Below the pieces are notes generated by a model. That model saw only the letters and a list, made by a program, of their open reading frames with translations. It did not search any database and was not told the DNA's origin. 64,000 nt of DNA. Source: Dehalococcoidales bacterium (GTDB taxonomy: Bacteria; Chloroflexota; Dehalococcoidia; Dehalococcoidales; UBA2162). The stretch lies in the NCBI GenBank assembly GCA_034432095.1, contig DAOUCV010000026.1, positions 24,657 through 88,656 of the forward strand, given 5' to 3'. The position numbers and the translations under genes were made by a program. Below are positions 18,947-27,908 of the stretch, piece after piece. Position 1 is the first letter of the stretch. The number at the start of each line of letters is the position of its first letter.

Positions 18947-20248
18947 ATGGTCAAAGAAGTCACAACAAAGCGACGTAAGGTTAGAAAAAGTCTAAAGCTG
19001 AGCGTACTGGATGCAGCCGCCTTTTCCGCCATGCTGGGGCTAACCCAGAACTACATCACTCCATTTGCTCTAGCTCTTAAAGCCACCACAGCACAGGTCG
19101 GCCTGCTGGCAAGCGTTCCTAGCTTCACCACGGCACTATCGCAGCTGGCGGCTCCCAAATTGTCCCAGAGAGCTGGCAGCCGCAAGGGCTTTATACTGCC
19201 TGTGGCTTTTGGGCATGCTTTGATGTGGCTCCCTATCCTGCTCATCCCTTACGTGTTCCCCGGACCAAAAGTCTGGTGGCTGATTGGGTTTGTTACTCTC
19301 AGCGGGGTTCTCAGTTCAATAGCTAACCCGGCCTGGGGCAGCATGATGGCAGACCTGGTGCCCGAAGAGGTAAGGGGGAGGTATTTCAGCTTCAGGGGGA
19401 GGATAGCTGGCTTTATCAGCCTGGTATTTTCCCTTATTGCCGGTGGGGTACTACAGCTCTTCACCGGCAACGTATTCGTTGGTTTCTCTATAATCTTCGC
19501 CGGAGCTATGTTATTCCGGCTATTATCTTTATATTTTCTGTCCGGGATGTATGAACCTCCTATTTCCTACGGTAAAGAAGGCGGGCAGAGCCTGCTTTAT
19601 ATGGTAGGACACCTGGGCTCGTCAAACCTGGGCAGATTTATAATTTACGTAGCTCTGGTTAACTTTGCCACCAATATAGCTGCTCCCTTTTTCGCCGTTT
19701 ATATGCTGCGCGACCTGAAGTTTAACTATGTGACCTATATGCTCATCATCGCCTTTAATGCCATAGCCAATCTCGTTTTCCTGACTTTCTGGGGGCGCCG
19801 CGCTGACCGGGCAGGTAATATAAAGGTAATCAGGGTCACTTCTTTCCTTCTTCCCTTCGTCCCACTGGTATGGTTGGGTAGCCCCAATATGTATTATCTG
19901 ATGGGAGCGGAGATACTGAGTGGATTTGCCTGGTCCGGATTCAACCTGGCTATCGTTAATTTTGTTTATGATGCCTCTGAACCGGAGAACCGGACAAAAT
20001 ATATTGCCCTGTTTAACTCGATCGTCCTTGTAGCCTCCTGCCTTGGTGCTCTAACTGGCGGCTACCTAGCTCCCCATCTCCCGCCAGTACTGGGCTATCA
20101 GTTGCGCACTCTATTTACGATTTCCGGCGTCCTTCGTGGTCTGGTGGTGGCGTCTTTGCTCCGCTTCATCTTCGAGGTACGCCGTGTGCCGAAGATGAAT
20201 ATTGTCCAGTTCCTGCTTGGCCGTTCTGGTTCCACAGAAAGGAATTAG
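18947..20248 (+). CDS. MFS transporter
   Basis: 433 aa polytopic membrane protein with MFS-like topology. Confidence 0.75.
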   Translation: MVKEVTTKRRKVRKSLKLSVLDAAAFSAMLGLTQNYITPFALALKATTAQVGLLASVPSFTTALSQLAAPKLSQRAGSRKGFILPVAFGHALMWLPILLIPYVFPGPKVWWLIGFVTLSGVLSSIANPAWGSMMADLVPEEVRGRYFSFRGRIAGFISLVFSLIAGGVLQLFTGNVFVGFSIIFAGAMLFRLLSLYFLSGMYEPPISYGKEGGQSLLYMVGHLGSSNLGRFIIYVALVNFATNIAAPFFAVYMLRDLKFNYVTYMLIIAFNAIANLVFLTFWGRRADRAGNIKVIRVTSFLLPFVPLVWLGSPNMYYLMGAEILSGFAWSGFNLAIVNFVYDASEPENRTKYIALFNSIVLVASCLGALTGGYLAPHLPPVLGYQLRTLFTISGVLRGLVVASLLRFIFEVRRVPKMNIVQFLLGRSGSTERN

Positions 20249-20282
20249 CCGGTTCCTTTGTGATAATATAGTATTTGTCAAA

Positions 20283-23200
20283 ATGCGTATCTTTTTGAGG
20301 ATGACGTCATTATTTTGGAAGTACTGGCCACGGGCGGTAGTGGCTTACTTCTGTCTTTTTGCCGGAGCCGGGCTGTCTATGCTGATACCCCGCCTTACCG
20401 GTCAAGCCATTGACCTGGCTCTGGGCTCAAGCCGGACAAGTGCCCTTGTCTTTACGGCTCTGGCTATTGTCGGCGCTGGTCTGTTACGCAGCGTCTTTTC
20501 CTACTGGCAGAGCTACCTCTCTGAGTTTATTTCGCAGAGAGTAGCCTATGACCTCCGTAATCTCCTTTATAACCGTCTGCAACGGCTCAGCTACGCCTTT
20601 CACGACCGCTCTCAGACAGGGCAATTAATGTCCCGGGCAACGGTTGATGTCGAGGGAGTGCGCATGTTTGTCGGTTTTGCTTTGCTCCGGGGTGTCTATT
20701 TCTTTGTGCTGTTAATCGCCATTGCTATCGTGCTCTTCTTCCTTAACTGGCAACTGGCTCTAATCAGCCTGAGTGTCCTTCCTTTTATATCCTTCAGAAC
20801 CATTGCCATTTACCGGAAACTCAGGGTACTGTGGATGAAGATACAGCAGGGCATAGGAGTTCTGGGCACTATCGTTCAGGAGAACCTTGTCGGAGCCAGG
20901 GTGGTGCGGGCTTTTGCTCGAGAACATTTTGAGAGCGAAAAGTTCCGCCGTCAGGCTGAAGTCATTTACAATCAGGAGATAGAATCAAATAACCTGCTTG
21001 CTTCCAACAGTCCGGTTATGGACTTTGCTCTTATGCTGGCGATGGCAGGAATATTATGGTTCGGAGGGAGGCAGGTCGTTGCAGGTGTTCTCACCCAGGG
21101 AGAACTGGCGCAGTTTCTGCTTTATGTTGTCATGCTTAATATGCCGGTAAGGATGCTGGGGTGGCTGACGACTCTCTACTCAAGGGCATTATCCTCCGGG
21201 CAGCGCATCTTCGAAATTCTGGATGAGGCGTCACCCGTTGAAGAGAAGCCTGACGCCATAGAACCCCTTGAAGTAAAGGGCTTAGTTCGCTTTGAGAATG
21301 TTTCCTTTAATTATGACTCTCACGGAGCCACGCTGAAAGACATAAGTTTTGAGGCTAGACCGGGGCAGATTGTAGCTCTGGTGGGTGCCAGCGGCAGCGG
21401 TAAATCAACCATAGCCAATCTTATACCGCGGTTCTATGATGTAACCGCCGGTCGCATTACTATCGATGATATGGATGTAAGGGACCTATCACTGGCGTCT
21501 TTGCGTCGGCATATAGGCATTGTTCATCAGGATACCTTTCTTTTTTCTGGCACTATCCGGGAAAATATCAGCTATGGCCGGCCGGATGCTACGCTGGAGG
21601 AAGTGATAAAAGCCGCCAAGATAGCCCATCTGCATGACTTTATTATGAGCCTGCCTGATGGCTACGAGACCCGGGTGGGGGAGAGGGGCATAACCCTTTC
21701 CGGCGGGCAAAGGCAGAGACTGGCTATTGCCCGCACTATACTGCTTAACCCACGCATTATCATTATGGATGATTCTACCTCAAATGTGGATACCGAGACC
21801 GAGTACTTCATCCAGCGGGAGTTGTCCAGGCTGCTGGCTGGTCGGACGGCTTTTATTATCGCCCAGCGGTTGCGCTCAGTACAGATGGCTGACCTTATCC
21901 TGGTACTCAAGGATGGTCGTATTGTTGAGCGGGGTACGCATCAGGAGCTTATCGCCCGGAACGGGCTCTATCAGCAACTCTATGCCTCACAATTTCAGTA
22001 TGAGGAAGGCTGGGGAGGACCCATAGCTGCCACCGTTGCTCTGGAACCGGTCGAAGACGTCTTTACTGGTGGCGATGGGCATGACTCTCAAGGCGCCAGG
22101 CGGGGACGACTGAGCAGCCTGACTGGTTCCGATGATATTGTCTTTAGTAAGCCCTATGACCTACGCGTTGTTTCTCGTCTGGCTAAATACTTTGCCCCTT
22201 ATAAGGTAGCGGTACCACTGACTATTGCTGCCACTTTACTCTATACCTTTACCATCGTCGCCAATCCCTACATAATTAGCGTAGCGATAAACCGCTATAT
22301 TGTTGCTGCTAATCTCGCTGGTCTCAGCATGATTATGCTGTTTTTCCTCGGCAATGCTCTTCTGTACCTGGTATCCCTGTATACTCAGATAAGAGCTGAA
22401 GCATCTGTAGGGCAGGGTATCTTGCTTAACCTGCGTACCGATGTTTTTGACCACTTGCAGCGTCTTTCGGTGAGTTTCTTTGACCGTAACGAAGTGGGGC
22501 GTATTATGTCCCGGGTGCAGAACGATGTGGGACAACTGGGTGAGTTCCTTGATTCGGGAATCTTCTGGGTAACCGGTGAGGTTGTTACCCTGATAGCCAT
22601 AGCCGTCGCCATGTTTGCCATGAACTTTAACCTGGCTTTAATCACTCTATCAGTTATACCTTTGCTTATCGTGTTCATAGTGTTGTGGCAAAAGAGGTCA
22701 CGTCAGTGCTTTATCAGGGTGAGGCAAGCCATATCAGCGGTTAACGCCGCTCTAGAGGAAAACATCTCCGGCGTTCGAGTTATCCAGAGTCTATCACGGG
22801 AGGAGGTTAATTTTCAGCGCTTTGAGCAGGTCAACCGGGTTCACTTTGAGGCTAACCTAAAGGCAGGGCGGTTGTCAGCGGTGATGATGCCGGTGGTGGA
22901 GTTTTTAATGGCAATTGCGATGGCACTGATTATCTTCTTTGGTGGGATGAGTGTGATAAATGGGACGCTCCTCGTGGGTGCTCTGGTGGCTTTTGCTCTA
23001 TATATACAGAGCTTCTTTGACCCGATTAGGTCGCTGAGTAATGAATATGCTCAGCTCCAGAGAGCCATAGCCTCGGCTAATCGCATCTTCGAGCTCCTCG
23101 ATGTAAAGCCCGAGATAGTTGACCGCCCCCAGAGCACGAAGGTGCCTCGACTAAAAGGTGAAATTAGCTTTGAGGGCGTCTCTTTCAGCTATGAACCAGG

Positions 23201-23900
23201 GCTTGAGGTTCTTCATGATATTAACCTGCATATATCACCGGGAGAGACCGTGGCGTTGGTAGGACCGACCGGGGCAGGTAAGAGCACCATGGTGAGCCTC
23301 ATCGCCCGTTTCTACGATGTCACCAAGGGGCGTATCCTGGTTGACGGTTATGACTTGCGTGAAATTGAGCAGACTTCTTACCGACGGCAGCTGGGGCTGG
23401 TGCTGCAGGACCCGTTTCTCTTCTCCGGGACTATCCGTGATAATATACGCTACGGTAACCTGGAGGCGACCGAGGAGGAGATAGTCAGTGTCGCCAAGAC
23501 CGTTGGGGCTCACGATTTCATTATGAGGCTGGAAAAGGGGTACGATACCTGGCTTCAGGAGCGGGGGCAGAACCTGAGCATGGGGCAGCGCCAGCTTATC
23601 AGCTTTGCCCGTGCCCTCCTGGCTAACCCCGCTATTCTACTGCTGGATGAAGCCATCGCCAATGTGGACTCCCACAGTGAACTCATCCTAAAGCAAGCTC
23701 TGGAACCCTTATTGAGAGGGAGAACAGCAGTAGTCATTGCCCATCGGTTGTCTACGGTTCGCCACGCTGACCGCATCGTGGTGCTGGATAAGAGGCGGCT
23801 TATAGAGGAAGGACGCCATGAGGAACTTCTGGCGCGGGGTGGTCTCTATTCTCGACTCTACGAGATGACCTTCGCTCCGGTGGCAAATCGGGTTAGATAG
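20283..23900 (+). CDS. fused full-length ABC exporter (TMD-NBD-TMD-NBD) with one degenerate ATP site
   Basis: Two type-I exporter halves in one frame. NBD1 has GASGSGKST, LSGGQRQR, IIIMDD (Asp at the catalytic Glu position) and IIAQRL (Gln at the H-loop). NBD2 has GPTGAGKST, LSMGQRQ, ILLLDEA and VIAHRL. ATG 20283 is preferred because the longer ORF overlaps the upstream MFS gene. Confidence 0.85.
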   Translation: MRIFLRMTSLFWKYWPRAVVAYFCLFAGAGLSMLIPRLTGQAIDLALGSSRTSALVFTALAIVGAGLLRSVFSYWQSYLSEFISQRVAYDLRNLLYNRLQRLSYAFHDRSQTGQLMSRATVDVEGVRMFVGFALLRGVYFFVLLIAIAIVLFFLNWQLALISLSVLPFISFRTIAIYRKLRVLWMKIQQGIGVLGTIVQENLVGARVVRAFAREHFESEKFRRQAEVIYNQEIESNNLLASNSPVMDFALMLAMAGILWFGGRQVVAGVLTQGELAQFLLYVVMLNMPVRMLGWLTTLYSRALSSGQRIFEILDEASPVEEKPDAIEPLEVKGLVRFENVSFNYDSHGATLKDISFEARPGQIVALVGASGSGKSTIANLIPRFYDVTAGRITIDDMDVRDLSLASLRRHIGIVHQDTFLFSGTIRENISYGRPDATLEEVIKAAKIAHLHDFIMSLPDGYETRVGERGITLSGGQRQRLAIARTILLNPRIIIMDDSTSNVDTETEYFIQRELSRLLAGRTAFIIAQRLRSVQMADLILVLKDGRIVERGTHQELIARNGLYQQLYASQFQYEEGWGGPIAATVALEPVEDVFTGGDGHDSQGARRGRLSSLTGSDDIVFSKPYDLRVVSRLAKYFAPYKVAVPLTIAATLLYTFTIVANPYIISVAINRYIVAANLAGLSMIMLFFLGNALLYLVSLYTQIRAEASVGQGILLNLRTDVFDHLQRLSVSFFDRNEVGRIMSRVQNDVGQLGEFLDSGIFWVTGEVVTLIAIAVAMFAMNFNLALITLSVIPLLIVFIVLWQKRSRQCFIRVRQAISAVNAALEENISGVRVIQSLSREEVNFQRFEQVNRVHFEANLKAGRLSAVMMPVVEFLMAIAMALIIFFGGMSVINGTLLVGALVAFALYIQSFFDPIRSLSNEYAQLQRAIASANRIFELLDVKPEIVDRPQSTKVPRLKGEISFEGVSFSYEPGLEVLHDINLHISPGETVALVGPTGAGKSTMVSLIARFYDVTKGRILVDGYDLREIEQTSYRRQLGLVLQDPFLFSGTIRDNIRYGNLEATEEEIVSVAKTVGAHDFIMRLEKGYDTWLQERGQNLSMGQRQLISFARALLANPAILLLDEAIANVDSHSELILKQALEPLLRGRTAVVIAHRLSTVRHADRIVVLDKRRLIEEGRHEELLARGGLYSRLYEMTFAPVANRVR

Positions 23901-23924
23901 GGATATTATTAAAGAGGAGTAGGA

Positions 23925-24491
23925 ATGGATATTGAAGACATACACAAGAATATCAAGGTACTGATTAACGGCGTCCCTTACAATGTTGATGAAGCCGAAT
24001 TTATGAAGCCGGGGAAGGGTCGCGCCATCTACCGTCTCAGACTTAGGAACCTGATTGATGGTAGTATCGTTGACCGCACCTATCACTCCGGGGAAAAGAT
24101 TGAAGAGGCTCATACCACCAGCGTGGAGGAGCAATACCTCTACCGGGAGGGTGAGCACTATGTGTTTATGAATACCGAGACCTTCGAGCAGCATCTCATT
24201 GATGAGGCGCAACTCGGGAATAAGCAGGGCTTCCTCAAAGAAGGTATGATTGTTACCACGCTCATGATGGGCGACAAGCCTATTGATGTTACCCTGCCGA
24301 TTTTTGTTGAGCTTAAGGTGATAGAGAGTGAAGTAACCAGCAAGACAGGCAGGATTACCCCGGAGACAAAATCAGCCGTCCTAGAAACGGGCTATACTAT
24401 TGAAGTTCCGGCCTTTGTCAAAGCGGGCGACATTATTAAAGTTGACACCCGTACCGGAACATACGTGGAACGGGTCAGCACCAAGAAGTGA
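23925..24491 (+). CDS. efp: elongation factor P
   Basis: 188 aa with the conserved KPGKG loop (FMKPGKGRAIYRL). Confidence 0.95.
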   Translation: MDIEDIHKNIKVLINGVPYNVDEAEFMKPGKGRAIYRLRLRNLIDGSIVDRTYHSGEKIEEAHTTSVEEQYLYREGEHYVFMNTETFEQHLIDEAQLGNKQGFLKEGMIVTTLMMGDKPIDVTLPIFVELKVIESEVTSKTGRITPETKSAVLETGYTIEVPAFVKAGDIIKVDTRTGTYVERVSTKK

Positions 24492-24494
24492 AAC

Positions 24495-25424
24495 ATGATA
24501 GAAGATGAGCGCCAGAGGCTTATTCGCCTGAAACTCAATCTGGAGCGCCGAGCCTTAATCTGTGAGCTTACCCGCACCTTCTTTAAGGAGAAGGGGTTTC
24601 TCGAGGTAGAGACACCTATCCGCGTGCCCGCTATCGCTCCAGAGCTACACATTATGCCTTTTGAGAGTGAAGCCTGGTTCCTGTCCACGTCTCCCGAACT
24701 CCATATGAAACGAATGCTGGCGGCTGGTTACGACCGGCTGTTTCAGATTACTCATAGCTTCCGTAGAGCTGAGCGGGGCCGGTGGCATAACCCGGAATTC
24801 ACCATGCTGGAATGGTACCGCACCGGTGCCAACTACAGACAAATGGTTCAGGATATCGAAGAGCTGGTGGTGACGCTGGCTGGTAAACTTGGACTTAATA
24901 CCGTAGTTAAATATGGAGGTCAGGATATAGACATTAGCCTGCCCTGGCCGAGGATTACGGTCAGAGATGCCTTTCTCCACGCCGCTGGCTGGGACCCTAT
25001 TGCTGAGCCCGACTTTTTAAGATTTGACACCGACCTCATTGATAAAGTGCTCCCCAGCTTCACGCCAAGCCGCCCCACCGTGCTTACGGACTATCCTGCG
25101 GCTATGGCGGCGCTAGCGCGTCTCAAGCCGGGTGACGCTAAAGTAGCCGAGCGGGCTGAAGTCTTTATCGGCGGACTGGAGCTGGCCAACGCCTACAGCG
25201 AGCTTAGAGATGCCCGAGAACAGGAGAGCCGCTTCCGGGCGGCAATAGAACAAATCCTCAGGGAATATGGACGGCAACTCGTCATGCCCCGGCAATTTCT
25301 TGAAGCGGTAGTTCACCTTCCTGAGTGTGGTGGTGTGGCCCTGGGCATTGACCGGCTGGTAATGCTCTTCTGCGATGCGGGTTCGATAGATGAGGTCATC
25401 GCCTTCAGCGTGGACACGGCATGA
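24495..25424 (+). CDS. epmA: EF-P--(R)-beta-lysine ligase (EpmA/GenX/PoxA, truncated class II LysRS paralog)
   Basis: 309 aa. Collinear with my recollection of E. coli EpmA (GFLEVETP, SPELHMKR, FRRAERGRWHNPEFTMLEWY, ELANAYSELRDAREQ, GVALGIDRLVML, EVIAFSVD). Confidence 0.85.
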   Translation: MIEDERQRLIRLKLNLERRALICELTRTFFKEKGFLEVETPIRVPAIAPELHIMPFESEAWFLSTSPELHMKRMLAAGYDRLFQITHSFRRAERGRWHNPEFTMLEWYRTGANYRQMVQDIEELVVTLAGKLGLNTVVKYGGQDIDISLPWPRITVRDAFLHAAGWDPIAEPDFLRFDTDLIDKVLPSFTPSRPTVLTDYPAAMAALARLKPGDAKVAERAEVFIGGLELANAYSELRDAREQESRFRAAIEQILREYGRQLVMPRQFLEAVVHLPECGGVALGIDRLVMLFCDAGSIDEVIAFSVDTA

Positions 25425-25538
25425 AGATAGATATGCACCAACGCAGCGGTAAAGGATAGACATATCCACTTTTTAAAGTGCCATCATCACCCATCCAGTC
25501 GGTCAAGGACTGACCTATCCACTTAGCCGGGTTTGTTA

Positions 25539-26618
25539 CTAAAACACTATCACATTACGCAGTGCTTCTCCCTTTTCCGTTGAGGCAATAGCCTCGTTAA
25601 TCCGCTCCAGGGGATAGCGAGCCGTGATAAGCTCATCCAGCTTGAGACGTCCGGACTGATATAACGCTACAAGGCGCGGAATATCTACTTTCAGATTAGT
25701 TGAGCCCATAAAGCCGCCGCTTATCGTCTTCTCCGCCCCGATTAGTTCGAGCGGCGAGATAGAAAGCATATCCTTTACCGGGGGTAGTCCTATAACCACG
25801 GTATTTCCACGCGGGCCTGACATTGAGATACCCTGGCGTATTGCGGCGACACTGCCGACAGTAATAAATACGTAGTCCGCCCCTCTTCCTGCTGTGAGCT
25901 TTTTAACCACGTCAACCGCGTCATCCCTCCTGGCATTAACGGTATGGGTGGCACCGAAGTTCATAGCGGTCTTCATTTTCGCCTCCAGGACGTCCACAGC
26001 AATAACGGGGTAAGCCCCCGCATATGCGGCCCCCTGAATAGCGTTTATCCCTACCCCTCCAGCCCCCATTACAACGACGCTCTGGAAAGGCTTGACCCGA
26101 GCGCGATTAACCACCGCGCCGAACCCGGTAATGACGCCACAGGCTAGAAGAGCCGCACGGTCCAGTGGCATCTCCTTGGGGACTACCATTACCTGGGACT
26201 CATTCACCAAGACGTACTGGGCAAAGCCAGCCACTCCTCCCTTCTGTACCAGAGGTTGTCCCGTCCTGGTACGCAGCGCTGGTGCTCCTGGTGGCGCCAT
26301 CCTAGCTTCGCATAGGTGGGGTAGTCCGGTGACGCAAAAAAAGCACCTTCCGCAGGATTTCAGAAGCGAGACCACCACCGGGTCCCCAGGTTTAACCGAT
26401 GTGACGCCCTCTCCCACCTCATCCACGTAACCCGCCGTTTCATGACCGCTGACAAAAGGTAATTTCCCGGGCAGTTCCCCCTTGATGTCATGGATGTCGC
26501 TATGACAAACAGCCGTCGCCGCGACACGGACTTTCACTTCGCCTCTCTTCGGCGGGTCTAAATCTACCTCTTCTATGACCAGGGGCTTACCGAATTCGTA
26601 ACAGACTGCAGCTTTCAT
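25539..26618 (-). CDS. zinc-dependent alcohol dehydrogenase family protein (paralog 1)
   Basis: CHSD, GHETAG, structural-zinc CGRCFFCVTGLPHLC, Rossmann GAGGVG. Confidence 0.9.
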   Translation of the reverse strand: MKAAVCYEFGKPLVIEEVDLDPPKRGEVKVRVAATAVCHSDIHDIKGELPGKLPFVSGHETAGYVDEVGEGVTSVKPGDPVVVSLLKSCGRCFFCVTGLPHLCEARMAPPGAPALRTRTGQPLVQKGGVAGFAQYVLVNESQVMVVPKEMPLDRAALLACGVITGFGAVVNRARVKPFQSVVVMGAGGVGINAIQGAAYAGAYPVIAVDVLEAKMKTAMNFGATHTVNARRDDAVDVVKKLTAGRGADYVFITVGSVAAIRQGISMSGPRGNTVVIGLPPVKDMLSISPLELIGAEKTISGGFMGSTNLKVDIPRLVALYQSGRLKLDELITARYPLERINEAIASTEKGEALRNVIVF

Positions 26619-26654
26619 TTATAACTATAACCTCCTAATATCCTAGAATATTAA

Positions 26655-27740
26655 CTAAAACATTATCACATTACGCAGTGCCTCCCCCTTTTCCGTTGAG
26701 GCTATCGCCTCGTTAATCCGCTCCAGGGGGTAGCGAGCCGTGATAAGCTCATCCAGCTTGAGATACCCAGCGCGGTAGAGCCTCACCAGGTTGGGAATAT
26801 CGATATTCAGCCGGGGCGACCCTCCCCCGCAGCCGGTAACCACCCGCTCACCCATAACGAAGTCAAAAGCCGTAAAGGACATGCTTTCCTTCATCGGTAC
26901 CAGTCCGATGATGACGGTCATTCCCCGTTGAGCTGACATGAGGAAGCCCTGACGGAGGGCGGCAGCACTACCGACGGTAACAAATACATAATCAGCCCCC
27001 CTGCCGGATGTTATCTGCTGGACCAACTTGATGGGGTCTCTCTCCTTAGCAGAGTTTACCAAATGAGTCGCCCCAAAAGACCTAGCCATCTCCAGCTTAC
27101 TATCCAGGATATCCACGGCAATAACCGGGTAGGCTCCCACCAGAGCGGCTCCCTGTATGGCATTGAGTCCAACTCCCCCGCTTCCCATTACAACGACGCT
27201 GTTGAGGGGCTTGACCTGAGCCCGGTTGACCACCGCCCCAAACCCCGTTAAGACCCCGCACGACAGCAGCGCTGCCCTATCCATGGGTAAATCTCCAGGA
27301 ATTACTGCTAGCTGGGTTTCCGAGACGACGGTATACTCGGCAAAGCCACCCACTGGGCCAGCCATAGGGGCAAGTAGTTGTCCCCTCTTGTTGCGATGGT
27401 GAGGCGGCAGGGGCTGTCTTCTTTCACACAGGTGGGGTAACCCGACAGCACAGTAAAAGCACCGTCCACAGCCTGATGTCACCGTCGATACGATAACAGG
27501 GTCACCGGGTCTTACTGACGTGACGTTTTTCCCCACCTCTTCCACATAGCCCGCCGATTCATGACCCGGAACACCGGGCAGTCCTCCAGGGAGCTCCCCC
27601 TTAATGCAATGGATGTCACTGTGACATATGGCGGTGGCAATGATGCGGATTTTCACTTCACCTTCCTGTGGCGGGTCTAAATCTACCTCTTCTATAACCA
27701 GGGGCTTACCAAATTCGTAACAGACCGCGGCTTTCATCAT
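26655..27740 (-). CDS. zinc-dependent alcohol dehydrogenase family protein (paralog 2)
   Basis: CHSD, GHESAG, CGRCFYCAVGLPHLC, GSGGVG. Arranged in tandem with paralog 1. Confidence 0.9.
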   Translation of the reverse strand: MMKAAVCYEFGKPLVIEEVDLDPPQEGEVKIRIIATAICHSDIHCIKGELPGGLPGVPGHESAGYVEEVGKNVTSVRPGDPVIVSTVTSGCGRCFYCAVGLPHLCERRQPLPPHHRNKRGQLLAPMAGPVGGFAEYTVVSETQLAVIPGDLPMDRAALLSCGVLTGFGAVVNRAQVKPLNSVVVMGSGGVGLNAIQGAALVGAYPVIAVDILDSKLEMARSFGATHLVNSAKERDPIKLVQQITSGRGADYVFVTVGSAAALRQGFLMSAQRGMTVIIGLVPMKESMSFTAFDFVMGERVVTGCGGGSPRLNIDIPNLVRLYRAGYLKLDELITARYPLERINEAIASTEKGEALRNVIMF

Positions 27741-27846
27741 ACCCTCCTAATATAGAATACCCCTCGAACCCGGAGATGGTGCTGTATTTACTTTAGCCCT
27801 CATCTTAGCACTGATTTTGGTTCTGTTCAACCTTAATTCGACTAAC

Positions 27847-27875
27847 TTGACAAATTCCCAGAACAGGGCTAGACT
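27847..27875 (+). promoter_or_regulatory. sigma70-type promoter candidate TTGACA-17-TAGACT
   Basis: TTGACA at 27847-27852, 17 nt spacer, TAGACT at 27870-27875. AGAGGAGG RBS before the GTG at 27909. Confidence 0.5.
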
Positions 27876-27908
27876 AACCTACACAAATAGAGAGGAGGTG
27901 AAACGACA

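Noticed and set aside
20202-20282. Long N-terminal extension of the ABC exporter ORF overlapping the MFS gene
   Set aside because: The extension overlaps the 3' end of 18947-20248 in another frame and has no membrane or ABC features. ATG 20283 (MRIFLRMTSLFWKYW) starts the first TM region.
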